Position numbers and translations under genes: made by a program
DNA from: an uncultured Chloroflexia bacterium
GTDB lineage: Bacteria; Chloroflexota; Ktedonobacteria; Ktedonobacterales; JADMIN01
Assembly (NCBI GenBank): GCA_963702665.1
Contig: CAVPDP010000002.1
Location: forward strand, 24,704-88,703
Reading direction: 5' to 3'
Length of the DNA stretch: 64,000 nucleotides
In this document: positions 40,321 to 51,978 of the stretch, one piece after another
Layout: each line of letters begins with the position of its first letter
Numbering within the stretch: the first letter of the stretch is position 1
The notes under the pieces: generated by a model
Told to the model about the DNA's origin: nothing
Database searches by the model: none
What the model saw: only the letters and a program-made list of their open reading frames with translations

Positions 40321-41809
40321 ATGGGTGCAAACGATAGCGAGCATATCTGGCTGCGACAGACTGTCACCTTTACCGTGAATGGTCAGACCCGGACGCTTGA
40401 AATGGGCATTCCCCTGCCACGCAACGCATCCGCGCAGGATGTTGAGGCGCTGTTGGGCGTGGCCGACGCCGGGATGAGCGCACTCTCGCGCCGCCTCGAT
40501 GCGCAGGTCACTGAAGCGCTTGCTGAGGATGCGTCGACGCAAATACCGATGATAGACGCCGAGCGCGCCAGCGCTATTCCCGCAGCGCCCGCGACGACAC
40601 CGGCGCCCGTGCCCACGCACGAGGCGCCATCCGCGAATGGCTATGCGCCACGAGAACCCATTGATACAGCGCCCGCGCCAGCCGCAGAGCCAGCTAGCGC
40701 GCCTCCGCACGAGAAGGGCGCCGTCGGCCAGTCGCACGCTCCCAACGTTCCCAGCAGGCCGACACCGCTACGCCACGCACATCCGCGCCACCGCCTGCTC
40801 CCGAACGAACGCCAATGCCCCAGCGACCAGATGCTGTGGCGCCACGCCCACAGGCGCCATCCACGCCTCCCACCACACCAGCCGCCCGGTCGGCTCCCAT
40901 TGCCAGCGAGATGGGCGTCGAGATGACACGGCCCCAGTTCCTGAGGATCTGCCGGTGAACTTGGGCTTAACCCGCGCCAGGCGATGGATCAACTAGGCGT
41001 CCGCTCACTTGAGGGACTGAATCTGCGCGAGGCGCTGGAATCGCTCCGGCGGCAACTGCTTGGCGCGGCGTCTGCCGCGGAACCTGAGCTAGAAATCGCT
41101 CCTGAACCCGAACCAATCGCGACAGCAACGGCGACATCCGCCGCGCCGCGTTACTTCGAGGAGGAGGACGATGAAACCATCCCCTACTCGTTGGACGAGG
41201 AGACGGACGACGATGATGAGACGACTGGGGATGATTTTGCCTCGTCTGCCTCGTCGAGGAGCGCCAACGAACCTTCGCCCGCTGGCGAAGACGACACCAC
41301 TGGACGACATAGACCTGGAAGACGTGCCTGACCTTTCACCACCGGCCAGCGCGCGGCAACGCGCAACCCCAGCAACGCGCAAGGCCTCAACCGCTGCGAC
41401 CGAGACGCCCACTACGGCGACCGAGGCGGCGCCGACCAGTGGCGGGCGTACCCAGGCGATGCAGTTGATCGGCAAACTGCGCGCCGCAACGGGTGGTGGG
41501 CCAGCCAGCGACTATCAGCGCAACGCCTATCACAACATCGTCGAAGATGAGCTTGGCAAGCCACAGGCGACAGCGCTTGTGCGCGGCCTCTGGCGAACCA
41601 CGCTTGACCGCCTAAGCTCCGGCCAACTGGAGGCGCTCATCCGCTGGGGCAAGGAAGAGGTGTTCGCAGAGGAGGCGGCGCAGGTGATCGCAACGCTCCG
41701 CGCTGAGCAGCGCCGCGCCGAACAGGCGGATGCGGCGCCCAACCACGCCGACCAACCAGCAGAGCCTCGCGCCGCCACGCGTAGCCGCCCCAGCGGAGGA
41801 TCGCGGTAA
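40321..41809 (+). CDS. hypothetical Pro/Ala- and acid-rich protein, at least 3 frame changes
   Basis: Segments 40321.., a Pro-rich frame ending ...IASEMGVEMTRPQFLRIC, 40984..41331 (LGLNPRQAMDQLGVRSLEGLNLREALESLRRQ) and 41171..41809 join into one reading if single bases are corrected near 40745, 40953 and 41300. Confidence 0.45.
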
Positions 41810-42390
41810 TGCGAGTCATTTCGGGGAGCGCTCGTGGGCGGAAACTGAAGTCCCCCAAATCCGACGAAACTCGGCCCATCATGGATCGTGTCAAGACAGC
41901 GCTCTTCGATATCCTCGCGCCAGACATCAACGGTATACGGGTTCTGGATTTGTTTGCTGGTACGGGGGCCGTTGGCATCGAAGCGTTGAGCCGGGGAGCG
42001 GAGGCCGCCACATTCATCGAGATCAGCCCGGATGCCTGGCGATTGGTGCGCGAAAATCTCGCGCTGACCCACCTGAGTGACCGGGCCGAGGTGTTGCGCG
42101 CCGACGCGTTTGCATTTCTGCAACAGGCAGCGGCGGCCAATCGTCGATTCGACCTGGTCTATGTCGCGCCGCCTCAATATGAAGGACTTGCCGCGCGCGC
42201 GCTGTCACAGCTCGACGCCACGCCGCTGACGGAGCCTGACGGGCTGGTGATCGTCCAGCTTGATCCGCAGGAACGCGCCGACCTGGACACTCTGCCGCTC
42301 CAGCGCCTGCAGAAGTACGACGAGCGGCGCTACGGCAGCACCCTGCTCCTGTTCTATACCCACGACGAGGAATCCCATGCAACCAGCTAA
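41809..42390 (+). CDS. rsmD: 16S rRNA (guanine966-N2)-methyltransferase RsmD
   Basis: MRVISGSARGRKLKSPKSDETRPIMDRVKTALFDIL...LDLFAGTGAVGIEALSRGA...DLVYVAPP. Confidence 0.9.
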   Translation: MRVISGSARGRKLKSPKSDETRPIMDRVKTALFDILAPDINGIRVLDLFAGTGAVGIEALSRGAEAATFIEISPDAWRLVRENLALTHLSDRAEVLRADAFAFLQQAAAANRRFDLVYVAPPQYEGLAARALSQLDATPLTEPDGLVIVQLDPQERADLDTLPLQRLQKYDERRYGSTLLLFYTHDEESHATS

Positions 42391-42901
42391 ACCCTCACGA
42401 TTTTCATTTGTAGATGAAGGCGAGGCAGTCCGGCGGCTGAACGTCGACCGCGACACGCTGCTCGAATTGGTCGCCAGCAAACGCCTGCGCGCCTATCCTG
42501 GCGTCGGTAAAGGCAACTTCTTCCGGGTCGGCGATCTCGATGCCCTCGCGGAAGAACTGCACCCCGACACGCTGCGACTGCGCCCGTACGATGTTGGCGG
42601 CGACCTGCTCAACCCAACCAACCAGCGTCGCCAGCATGACCCCGCATACAAGGTACATATACGCCTTCAGGCCGACTTGAAGTGGTATGACCTGACCGAC
42701 GAGGATCTCCAGACCTATATCCGCGAGTTGCATCCCGCCGCCTATGAAAAGCAGCGGTCAAACGTCACCAGCGTCATCGAGCGGCTTGAGCGATTGGTCG
42801 CATTGATGGATGAGGCTGCCGTGCGCTGGCGCAGCCAGGGAGAGGCCGCGAAGACCAGTGACGGGCCGTCAGATACATCCAGCGCACCCACTGGCGAATA
42901 A
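42377..42901 (+). CDS. excisionase/MerR-type HTH domain protein
   Basis: Start at MQPAKPSRF (ATG 42377) after GAGGA, overlapping the rsmD end. The HTH is EGEAVRRLNVDRDTLLELVASKRLRAYP. Confidence 0.55.
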   Translation: MQPAKPSRFSFVDEGEAVRRLNVDRDTLLELVASKRLRAYPGVGKGNFFRVGDLDALAEELHPDTLRLRPYDVGGDLLNPTNQRRQHDPAYKVHIRLQADLKWYDLTDEDLQTYIRELHPAAYEKQRSNVTSVIERLERLVALMDEAAVRWRSQGEAAKTSDGPSDTSSAPTGE

Positions 42902-42914
42902 TACCGGCGCATAG

Positions 42915-42945
42915 CAAACGAGGGCGGATAATGATTCCGCCCTCG
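42915..42945 (-). terminator. hairpin terminator between convergent genes
   Basis: CGAGGGCGG-9 nt-CCGCCCTCG, followed on the minus strand by TTTG. Confidence 0.5.
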
Positions 42946-42985
42946 CTGTGTGTGATAGATAGCGCCTGATTTCGGTTCCCCCGCA

Positions 42986-44182
42986 TTACCCGTTTTGGGT
43001 GATGCTGTTGGTGTTGTAGTTGAAATATGCCATCGGGTCAACCGGCACATTGTCAACTTCAACCATGAAGTGCAGGTGCGGGCCGGTGGACCAGCCAGTC
43101 GAACCCTCCAGCCCAATCGGATCACCTTGCTGAACAAGGTCGCCAACCTTCACGAGCAGCTTATCCATGTGTCCATAGACCGTGGAAATATGGTTGCAGT
43201 GATTGATCTTCACCGAATTCCCCAGCCCGCCAACGTCCCAGCCAGCCCAGATAACCTGGCCAGCCTGCGCCGCGTGGATCGGATTACCCTCCGCCGCCGC
43301 GATATCCACCCCATTGTGATACCAGGTAAATCCGCGTACCCAATTGGAGCCCCAGTTGGGTGAGTGTAGCTGATAGGCCATCGGGTTGCCATTGCCGGTT
43401 GGTCCGCAGACGACCTCAGATCCAGGGGCCGGATCACCAGCAATAGATGTCCATGGGCTATTGCCAAAGGTCGTGGTTCCACTCCCCGCGATTGGCACGT
43501 AAGATTGTGGGCGATAATCCGCGCCGTATGTTGGATCTTGTGGAATCTTGTAGGCGATGCCGACGCTGATCTCCTGACCGGCCAGCAGGCCGTTCAACTC
43601 GTAGATACCGCCGACCTGGACACTAAACCTCTTGGCAATGGATTCAGGCGTATCATTAAACGTTGCCGTATACCAGAAATAAGCGGGGTCTTTGTTCAAG
43701 ATAATCGAACCCGATATCGCCTGGAATGACGAAATGGAGTTGTTTGCGCTGGCGCCCAGCGGAGTGATGGCGAACATACCCGTGACGAGGATGCAGGTCA
43801 TCAGGCCAATGACGGTCAGCCGCATGGTGAGGGGGCGCTCGCGCCGCTTGATGAATGGGTCGCCCATCGTCACACCGTCGCCAGCGATGATGATGGGGCC
43901 AGTCTCATCCTGGGTCAGCGCGGGGAGGCGGTCGCCGGTGTCATCGTAGGGGATCAGCGCGCCACCGCGTCCGTACCCGTCGTCGTAGTCATCATCCATA
44001 TGCGCGAGAGGAATGGTGCGGCGTACTCTGCCACCGGGCTGACGCGAAGAACCACGATCCTCCCCGTCATCCTCGCGCCACCCCCCGTGACGATGTTGAT
44101 CGTCGCCGTTATCGCCATCATAGTAGCCGTTGTCTTCTGGGAACCCTCCACGACCTCTGGCCACATGCCACCCCTTCCACAA
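42986..44182 (-). CDS. M23 family metallopeptidase with LysM domain
   Basis: Has a TM anchor, a LysM domain (YTATFNDTPESIAKRFSVQVGGIYELNGL) and M23 motifs HNGVDIAA...GHMDKLLVKVGD...GSTGWSTGPHLHF. Confidence 0.88.
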   Translation of the reverse strand: MWKGWHVARGRGGFPEDNGYYDGDNGDDQHRHGGWREDDGEDRGSSRQPGGRVRRTIPLAHMDDDYDDGYGRGGALIPYDDTGDRLPALTQDETGPIIIAGDGVTMGDPFIKRRERPLTMRLTVIGLMTCILVTGMFAITPLGASANNSISSFQAISGSIILNKDPAYFWYTATFNDTPESIAKRFSVQVGGIYELNGLLAGQEISVGIAYKIPQDPTYGADYRPQSYVPIAGSGTTTFGNSPWTSIAGDPAPGSEVVCGPTGNGNPMAYQLHSPNWGSNWVRGFTWYHNGVDIAAAEGNPIHAAQAGQVIWAGWDVGGLGNSVKINHCNHISTVYGHMDKLLVKVGDLVQQGDPIGLEGSTGWSTGPHLHFMVEVDNVPVDPMAYFNYNTNSITQNG

Positions 44183-44383
44183 TGTTGCCCATCACCTATA
44201 CCAGCGAATGTTAGCTTACCTTTTCCAGTCTAGCACCAGACGATACCCTGTCAACTGATATTCCGCTCAGCAGTGACTATCGTACTGGGAAGCAAGCAGC
44301 GGAATCCAGCGGCTTCCATGCGCTACAATCTACAGGGTATGAGCATCGTTTCGTGTGCAGATAGTCCGCTGAAAGAGATACTT

Positions 44384-45247
44384 ATGACTTCGCCACAATC
44401 TGGCATACCGGAGAATGCGCTGATTCGTCTGGGCCACAGCCCCGACTCCGACGACGCTTTCATGTTTTACGGCCTGGCTGAGGGCCATGTCGACGCCGAA
44501 GGTCTGTCCTTCGAGCACATCCTGCGCGACATCGAGACGCTGAATCAGTGGGCGCTAGAGGGGCAATTGGAAATCACCGCCATCTCGGTGCATGCCTACG
44601 CCTTCGTCGCCGACAAGTATGCCATTCTCACCCACGGCGCGAGCATGGGCGACAACTATGGGCCGATGGTCGTCACTCGCGAACAGGTTGATCCAGAGTG
44701 GCTACGCGGGCGACGTATCGCCATCCCCGGCACGATGACCAGCGCCTTTCTCGCGCTACGGCTCTACCTGGGCGACTTCGACTACGACATCATGCCTTTC
44801 GACGAAATCATGGAGGCGGTGAGTTCGGGCAAGGCCGAGGCTGGGCTACTCATCCACGAGGGCCAGCTCACGCATGCGTCATTTGGGCTGCACTCCGTCG
44901 TGGACCTGGGAAAGTGGTGGCACGAACGAACCGGTGGGCTGCCGCTGCCACTGGGCGTCAATGCCGTCCGGCGCGACCTCGGCCCGGAGCGCATGGCCCA
45001 GCTCTCGCGCATCCTCAAAGCGAGCATCGTCTACGGGTTGGAGCATCGCGACGAGGGGCTACAATACGCGATGCGCTTTGCCCGTGGCCTGCCCACCACG
45101 ACCGCCGATCAGTTCGTCGGCATGTATGTCAACGACTGGACGGTTGATATGGGTGAGCGCGGACAGCAGAGCATCCAGCTCTTTCTGCGCGAGGCCGTCG
45201 AACGTGGCATCATCGCGCACGAGGTTCCAGTGGATTTCATTCCATAA
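44384..45247 (+). CDS. MqnA/MqnD family menaquinone (futalosine pathway) biosynthesis protein
   Basis: LGHSPDSDDAFMFYGL...DIETLNQWALEGQLEITAISVHAYA... (VitK2_biosynth-like periplasmic-binding fold). Confidence 0.7.
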   Translation: MTSPQSGIPENALIRLGHSPDSDDAFMFYGLAEGHVDAEGLSFEHILRDIETLNQWALEGQLEITAISVHAYAFVADKYAILTHGASMGDNYGPMVVTREQVDPEWLRGRRIAIPGTMTSAFLALRLYLGDFDYDIMPFDEIMEAVSSGKAEAGLLIHEGQLTHASFGLHSVVDLGKWWHERTGGLPLPLGVNAVRRDLGPERMAQLSRILKASIVYGLEHRDEGLQYAMRFARGLPTTTADQFVGMYVNDWTVDMGERGQQSIQLFLREAVERGIIAHEVPVDFIP

Positions 45248-45450
45248 CGTCGCATGTAGACAGGCTTAGTAGATAGCGCGCATGCCAGGATACCGCCCAA
45301 TCGTACCAGGCGTTCCTGGCGTGCTGTTCCAGTTCTCGCGCCCCCACCAGATGACCTCAGCACACCATTGGGCATCGGGCTATTCAGACGGATGCGCTCG
45401 CGATACAATGGGCATGTGTGTCTGCGCAGTGGCCGCCCGCGGGAGTACCC

Positions 45451-48400
45451 ATGATCTGCCCGAATTGTTCAACGGTTAACCCCGAAAACGCTCGCTTCTG
45501 CATCTCTTGTGGCCATCCTTTGCCACGGATATGCGCTGTCTGCGGCGCAGTCAATCCACCTGAGGCGCGGTTCTGCAACCAGTGTGGCTCGCCGCTCGAC
45601 ACACCAGCATCCACGCTCCCAGCAGCCGATGACACAGTCAGCGACGCGGGAAGACTGAACGGGAAACGCGACACCACATTGGTGCTGACGAACGCCGCGA
45701 CACCAGCCGAAGAGACCGCAGAACAGCGGCGTGTCGTGACCGTTCTATTTGCCGACCTCACCAGCTCCACGGCGCTAGCCGAGGACCTGGACCCCGAAGA
45801 CGCGCGCGCCATCCTCGCGGGGTTCTTCGGCACGATGGCGCGTGAGATTCATCGGCATGGCGGCACCGTTGAGAAGTACATCGGCGATGCGGTTATGGCG
45901 GTCTTTGGCCTGCCAGTGGCGCATGAGGACGACCCGGTGCGCGCCGTGCGGGCCGCAATCGATATGCGGGCGGCGCTACGTCAGTTCAACGCCGACCGTC
46001 GGGCGGTCGATCCCGCTGCCACTGAGTTGCAGATGCGCATTGGCATCAATACTGGCGAGGTGGCCGCCGCTGGTGGCGCCTCTGAGGGTCGTGACTTCCT
46101 CATTACCGGTGACCCGGTCAACGTCTCGGCGCGACTGCAACAACTGGCAGCCCCTGGCTCCATTCTGGTCGGCTCCCGTACCTGGCGAGCCACCCAGGGA
46201 GCGGTTCAATACAGCGAATTACCCACCGCAACAGTGCGCAACCGCGCCCGGCCGGTAAAGATTTGGGAGGCGCTGGCGATGACCGACCAGAGCGCCGTGC
46301 CCACGCCGCGTCCACGCGGTGTCGAGGGATTGAAAGCGCCGATGGTTGGCCGCGATGTCGAGATGGAATTGATGTGCGCCATCAGCGCCCGCGTGCTACG
46401 CGAACGCGCCCCGCATCTGGTGACGGTTTTCGGTGCGCCTGGCATCGGCAAAACACGCCTCGCGCGCGAATTCGTCGGGCAGATGACCGAGAGCGCCGCC
46501 ACATCCCACCCGCCCACCAACAAGCGACGCCGAAGCGGGCGCAAGGCGACCACCACGCCAGGCGCCACACCCACGCAGCCAGTTATTCTGGAGGGGCGCT
46601 GCCCGCCCTATGGCGAGGGCATCACCTACTGGCCACTCGCCGATATGTTGCGCGCATACTGCGGCGCACAGGCGATGGAATCAGTGGAAAGCTCGCGCGC
46701 GCGTCTGCTCCAGTGCGTCAAACAGACATTGGCGCGCGCCAATCGCGGCGATGATCCCGAACTGATCGCGAGCTATCTCGGCTATACCATCGGCATCGAG
46801 TCGCCGACGCGACGGCACACCCTGCTGCCCTCCGATACGCAACAGCAGCAAGAGGGTTTATTACGAGCCTGGCGGATATTTTTCGAGGCGATCGCCCAAC
46901 CGACCGGGCTGATACTGGTCATCGAAGATATTCACTGGGCCGACGACGCGCTGCTCGAACTGATCGAATATGTCGCCGCGCGTGCGATGGAGGCGCCGCT
47001 GCTGCTGCTCTGTACAGCCCGCCCTAACTTGCTCGACAAGCGCCCCGAGTGGGGTGGGGGCAAGCGCAACTTCGTCACCGTCGGGCTAGAGGCGCTTTCG
47101 CCCGCGGCGACACAGCGGCTGATGAGTGAATTACTCCCCGGCGCAACGGTGCCGCAGAGCCTGAGAGAGGGCATTCTCACGAAGGCTGAAGGCAATCCGT
47201 TTTACATCGAAGAGATCGTTCGCATGTTTGTTGACCTCGGCATTCTGGTGCGCGCGGAGGCTCCTGGCATGGGCTGGCAGGTAGCGCCAGAATGGGAGGG
47301 GCGCAGCGAAGTCTACAATCCTGGCATTCCAGACACCGTGCAGGGTGTGCTAAGCGCTCGCCTCGACCTGCTCTCGCCCGAGGAGCGCGACGTCCTTCAG
47401 CATGCGTCGGTGATTGGGCGCTATTTCTGGCCGGGTGCGCTCGTCGCGCTTGCGCCTCATCTGGAGTTGGCGCGGCTAGACGTGATCCTTCATACGCTGG
47501 TCGACAAAGAGTTACTGATCCTGACTGACCATCGGAAGTCAAGCGTTGCGCCGCCCGACGAGCAGGTCTACAGCTTCAACCACGCGCTGACCCGTGAGGT
47601 CGTGTATGGCGCTATCGCACGCACGCGGCGGGCGCACGAACATGAGCGCGTGGCCGAGTGGTTAGAGGAGCTGGCGCACGGGCGCGAAGAAGAGTTCGCG
47701 GAACTGCTGGCGCAGCACTATCGCCAGTATTATATCCAGGCCAACCTGTCACGCACCCGCAATACCACTCGACGCCAGGCGGTGCTGGCGAAGGTGGTCC
47801 ATTATCTGACGATGGCGGGCGACCAGGCGACTTCACACCACGCCACCAGCAAGGCCGACGACTATTACACCGACACCATCCGCCTGCTCGAAGAAGAGGC
47901 CCAACCTGACGATGCGCCACTGCGACAGGCGCTCTATACGAAGCGGGGAGATGCGCGCTGGTTTGCCCTGCGCGCCGATGAAGCCTGGGCAGACTATCGA
48001 ACCGCACTGGAGCTTTGGGCTGGCTATGAGGTCCCACATCCCACATCAGGTGAAGCCACAGCAGCAGATTCAGCGAACCAGGCGCCAGCGCATCTCGACT
48101 GGCTGACTCAGGGCATGCGCCTCTATCGATTGCTCGTGGCTCTACCCACACGTTACAGCCCTTACTTTCAACAACTCCCGACACACGATGAATTGAAGGG
48201 CTATCTTGATCGCGGGCTGAAACTGGCCGACGCATCAGGGTGTCATGACACTGCGGAATACGCCGCCTTGCTCACCGCGACCAGCTTCTTCTGGATGTTC
48301 GCCGCGGATCAGCGGGGCGAGCGTGAACTGCTGGAGGCGCTCCGTAGCGCGCGCGAGGCGGTGAACAATCACCGAGCAATTGGGCGATCCACGTGGCGCG

Positions 48401-49402
48401 TCTGAGGCGCTCGATGCGCTCGGCAACATGCTGGCGATCACCACCGATTTGCGCGGCTTCCTGGAGACGATGTCGCGCCGCCTTCACTGGGCGCAACAGA
48501 TCGACGACCCGAACGAACTGGTGGATATCCACACTGAGGTGAGCCAGGCGCACCAGGCCGTGGGCGAATATGCTGAGGCCGTCGCCCAGGCGCGCACGGC
48601 GCTGGATATCGCAAACGCCGCTGAGACGGAGGCGCTACAGGGGCAGGCGCTGCGGGCGCTGGTGAGCGCATATTTCGAGTGGGATCACTGGTCGGAGGCG
48701 CTCGCGGCTGGCGACCAGCTCCTGAATATCTCGACGCAGGAAAATGCGCGCGTGTCTCATCGCAACATTGCGGCAATCCTCGCTATAGTGATCATCAAAG
48801 CACGCATAGGGGATAGTGACGGAGCCGACGCCCTGGCACGCCGTGTCGCGGAGAGCAGCCAGACTGGCGACGTGCAATATCTGGCGGTCGGGCGTGCGCG
48901 CCTGGCATTGGCGAAGGGTGGTAGCCGCGAGGCTCGGCAGGTCCTGCTCAACGGCCTTGAGGATCGCGAGGGGCGTGTTGGCATGGCGATGCTGCTGGCG
49001 GAACTCGCGGAACTGCTGGCGCGTGAGGGCGATCTGGAACTCTACGACCGCTACGGCGCCCAGGCGCTCGAGCTTGGCTGGCGCTCTGGCGCGCGCAAAG
49101 CGTTGGCGCAGGCGATCCGTGCGCGGGGCATTGTGGCCATGGCGGCAGGCCGGTGGGACGATGGGCTTGCCGATCTGGAAAGCGCATTTACACGTTACTC
49201 GGATCTCGGTACCTCCTGGGAGGAGGCGCGCACCCGCTATGCGCTGGCTGGCCTCTATCGTCGGCGCGCAGAGGCCGGAGACGATCAGCGCGCGCGCGAC
49301 GAACTCACTCGCGCCATGGAAATGTTCACCGCGCTTGGCGCCGTACGCGACATTGCACGCGCCCGTACGGCACTGGCGGGTGGCGATATCCGTCTGCCAT
49401 AG
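45451..49402 (+). CDS. double zinc-ribbon / class III nucleotidyl cyclase / AAA (STAND-like) ATPase / TPR multidomain protein, one frameshift near 48390
   Basis: MICPNCSTVNPENARFCISCG...CAVCGAVNPPEARFCNQCG, cyclase VTVLFADLTSST...KYIGDAVMAVFG, P-loop VFGAPGIGKTRLA, and a long helical-repeat C-terminus continuing into ORF 48380..49402. Confidence 0.8.
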
Positions 49403-49429
49403 TATCAAATATCTGGGGACGCTCTGGAC

Positions 49430-50412
49430 GTGTCGGGCGCTCCAGGCTGGCTCACCGATAGAGAGGAGGTGCGATACGGCTTCATCAACCGCAGGCAAGC
49501 GCACCGCCTCTTTCTGCCATTTTTGCGGAACACGATTGCGCAGTCGTTATCTCGTCTACAACGCGTCACTGGTTGTCTGTGCGGCCTGCGACGCGTCAAG
49601 CCAGCGATGCGCCCGCTGTGGTATACCCATCGCACAATCCGCGCTACCTCGACGGGACATTACCGCTCTGCGCCACCTGCGCGCGTGAAGCGCCTCGCTG
49701 CACGGGATGTTCGCTGCCGATCACAGCGACATGGTACACCTTCGAGGAATTGTTGCCGGTCGCCACACCACGCAAGTTTTGTCCGCGTTGCGTGCAGGGG
49801 CGGCCACGCTGTGACCTCTGCCGCGCGCCGGTCGCCACTGGCGCGCAACCGCTTGCCGATGGCCAATATCGCTGTGCCCTCTGCCGCTCAGACATCGTGC
49901 TTGATGACGCCACTGTGCGAACGGTCTTCGACGAAGCCGTGGCGCAGCTCACACTGGTTCTTGGTGGACAACTCTACAAGACACCACAATTACAGGTCAT
50001 CACCCGTCGCCGGATGGGCGAGATTCGCCGACGCTACGAACATCGCGCGGCTGAGCCAGCGGCGACGGCAAACCACCACGTGCTGGGCTACTTCGTGCAG
50101 GCGCACGGTGTAAGCACGATCTACGTCGAGGCATGCCTGCCACGAGGATTGTTGCTGGGCACGCTGGCGCACGAATTGGCGCACGCCTGGCAAACCGAGC
50201 AATCGCTTCATCTCAAAGACGACATGGTGCGCGAAGGGTTCGCCGAATGGGTCGCCTATCGCGTGCTCGTCGCACGTGGCTTAGCGACGCTGGCCGAGCG
50301 CGCCACCCGCCGCGACGATGTCTATGGGCGCGGGCTACGCCACTTCCTCAACATCGAAAATCGCTTCGGCTACGCGGGCGTCGTGAAACGCGCAAAAGGG
50401 CAACCCGCGTAG
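49430..50412 (+). CDS. DA1-like zinc metallopeptidase with LIM-like Cys-rich N-terminus, at least 1-2 frame changes
   Basis: CHFCGTRLRSRYLVYNASLVVCAACDASSQRCARCG (frame of 48816..49688) continues as HNPRYLDGTLPLCATCAREAPRCTGCSLPI...CPRCVQGRPRCDLC...YRCALC, then LAHELAHAW (HExxH) in 49573..50412. The start is uncertain. Confidence 0.55.
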
Positions 50413-50449
50413 CAGCAAACTCACTGGCTACAGGGCGCCCTCCCCTGCG

Positions 50450-51388
50450 TCACGGTCGCCCCGTCACCTGTGTATGGGCTTGCCAGCCGAGAAGCGAGAC
50501 TCGCGCCTGAACACCATCTCGTGGCCGCTGTCCCGTCCACTCGGCGAGGAGGTGCGCCCAGCACTGCCGTGGCACGTCCGGCCGCATCACGAGGACGAAC
50601 AGCGCCCGCCACGGCTCTTTGTCCTCGTCCTCGAAGGTCCACGTGTTCCATGCCACGGGGCCGTTCTCGCCGCTATCGGTGCGCTGCCAGCCCGCACGCT
50701 CCAGTTGGGCGATGTAGTGCGCGGCAAGGGCTGCCAGGTCGAGATCAGACTCCACGCGGGCGCTCGTGGTGAGGCGATCATCGCCACCGCTGCCGCCCTC
50801 CTGGAACTGCTCTGAATGGGGAGGCGGCGCAATCGGTGGCAGGATTTGCCACATATCGGCGCGCATCTGGCGGCTACGCATTCCGCGCATCGCCATCGCG
50901 GCTCCGCCATCGGGCGTCAGCGTCAGATGAACGCCAGTGCGCCCGCCTGGTATGGCATAGGTCATCACAGTCAGCGACGGGCCATCCTCGCGATAGAAGT
51001 GACCGAACTGGCGGTCAACCATCCCGGCGTGGAGAAAGCCACCGTGCAGTGATCTCATCTGGTCTTCTATGCTCCAACCCGCCGCAGTGAGCTGCTCCTG
51101 ATAAAACGCTACGACATCCTCGCCTGCCTGCTCAGTGTCGAGGACGACGATTGGTGATGGAGCCACCAGCGACCCAACCACGCGGGCGCCGGGCGGAAGC
51201 GGGAAATCGCTCGCAAAATCGGGCGGAAGTTGTCCCGGCAGCAGTTGCCGCCCATCCTCGCCATCCTCGGGCGCGGCGCCCACATTGCGCGGGGCTATGA
51301 GCGCGAGCGCCAACTCACGCAGGGCCGCATCGTCGGTTCGCGGGGATTGGCCGTCGCCATTCGCCTGGGGGTTGTCCTGCTCATCCAT
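50450..51388 (-). CDS. hypothetical protein with internal duplication
   Basis: 312 aa. Has two similar modules (VVAFYQEQLTAAGW / LAAHYIAQLERAGW). No family recognised. Confidence 0.5.
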   Translation of the reverse strand: MDEQDNPQANGDGQSPRTDDAALRELALALIAPRNVGAAPEDGEDGRQLLPGQLPPDFASDFPLPPGARVVGSLVAPSPIVVLDTEQAGEDVVAFYQEQLTAAGWSIEDQMRSLHGGFLHAGMVDRQFGHFYREDGPSLTVMTYAIPGGRTGVHLTLTPDGGAAMAMRGMRSRQMRADMWQILPPIAPPPHSEQFQEGGSGGDDRLTTSARVESDLDLAALAAHYIAQLERAGWQRTDSGENGPVAWNTWTFEDEDKEPWRALFVLVMRPDVPRQCWAHLLAEWTGQRPRDGVQARVSLLGWQAHTQVTGRP

Positions 51389-51606
51389 GCGTCACATCTC
51401 CTAACTGGTGGTTTGCCATTTCATCTGAACGGCACGCACAGCTACATCATAGAGACTCCTCCAGTGTACCGCACGACGCGCCAGGTTGCTCACCAATATG
51501 CGCCTGAGGAGCGAAACTCCACCTGCGGAAAATACCCTCTTGACAGTGGCAACCTTGCGTACTATAGTTCATTACATAAGTAGCTAACCATAGGAGTAAT
51601 CATGCA

Positions 51607-51970
51607 ATGGAATTCTTAATCGACGACACCCGTCCGATTTTCATGCAGATTGCCGAGCGGATCGAAAACGACATCATCGCCGGGGAACTGGCCGAAGAAT
51701 CGCAGGTTCCTTCCACGAATCAGTTCGCGTGCTTTTTACCAGATCAATCCGGCGACGGCGGCCAAAGGGCGTGAATCTGCTGGTGGACCAGGGCATTTTG
51801 TATAAAAAGCGAGGACTTGGCATGTATGTGGCGCCCAGGCGCGCGCGCAAAATTACTGGAGAAGCGCCGCGAACAGTTTTACGAGCAGTATGTCGTCACC
51901 ATGCTCCGAGAGGCGGAAAAGCTGGGCATCACCGAGGAACAACTGACAGACATGATTCAAAGAGGGGTAA
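51607..51970 (+). CDS. GntR family (YtrA-like) transcriptional regulator, about 3-4 frame changes
   Basis: MEFLIDDTRPIFMQIAERIENDIIAGELAEESQVPSTNQFA / FYQINPATAAKG / VNLLVDQGILYKKRGLGMYVAP / ARAKLLEKRREQFYEQYV... are read in successive frames (shifts near 51728, 51768 and 51838). The expected stop TAA at 51968-51970 is out of frame by one G in a GGGG run. Confidence 0.7.
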
Positions 51971-51978
51971 CAGGTGCG

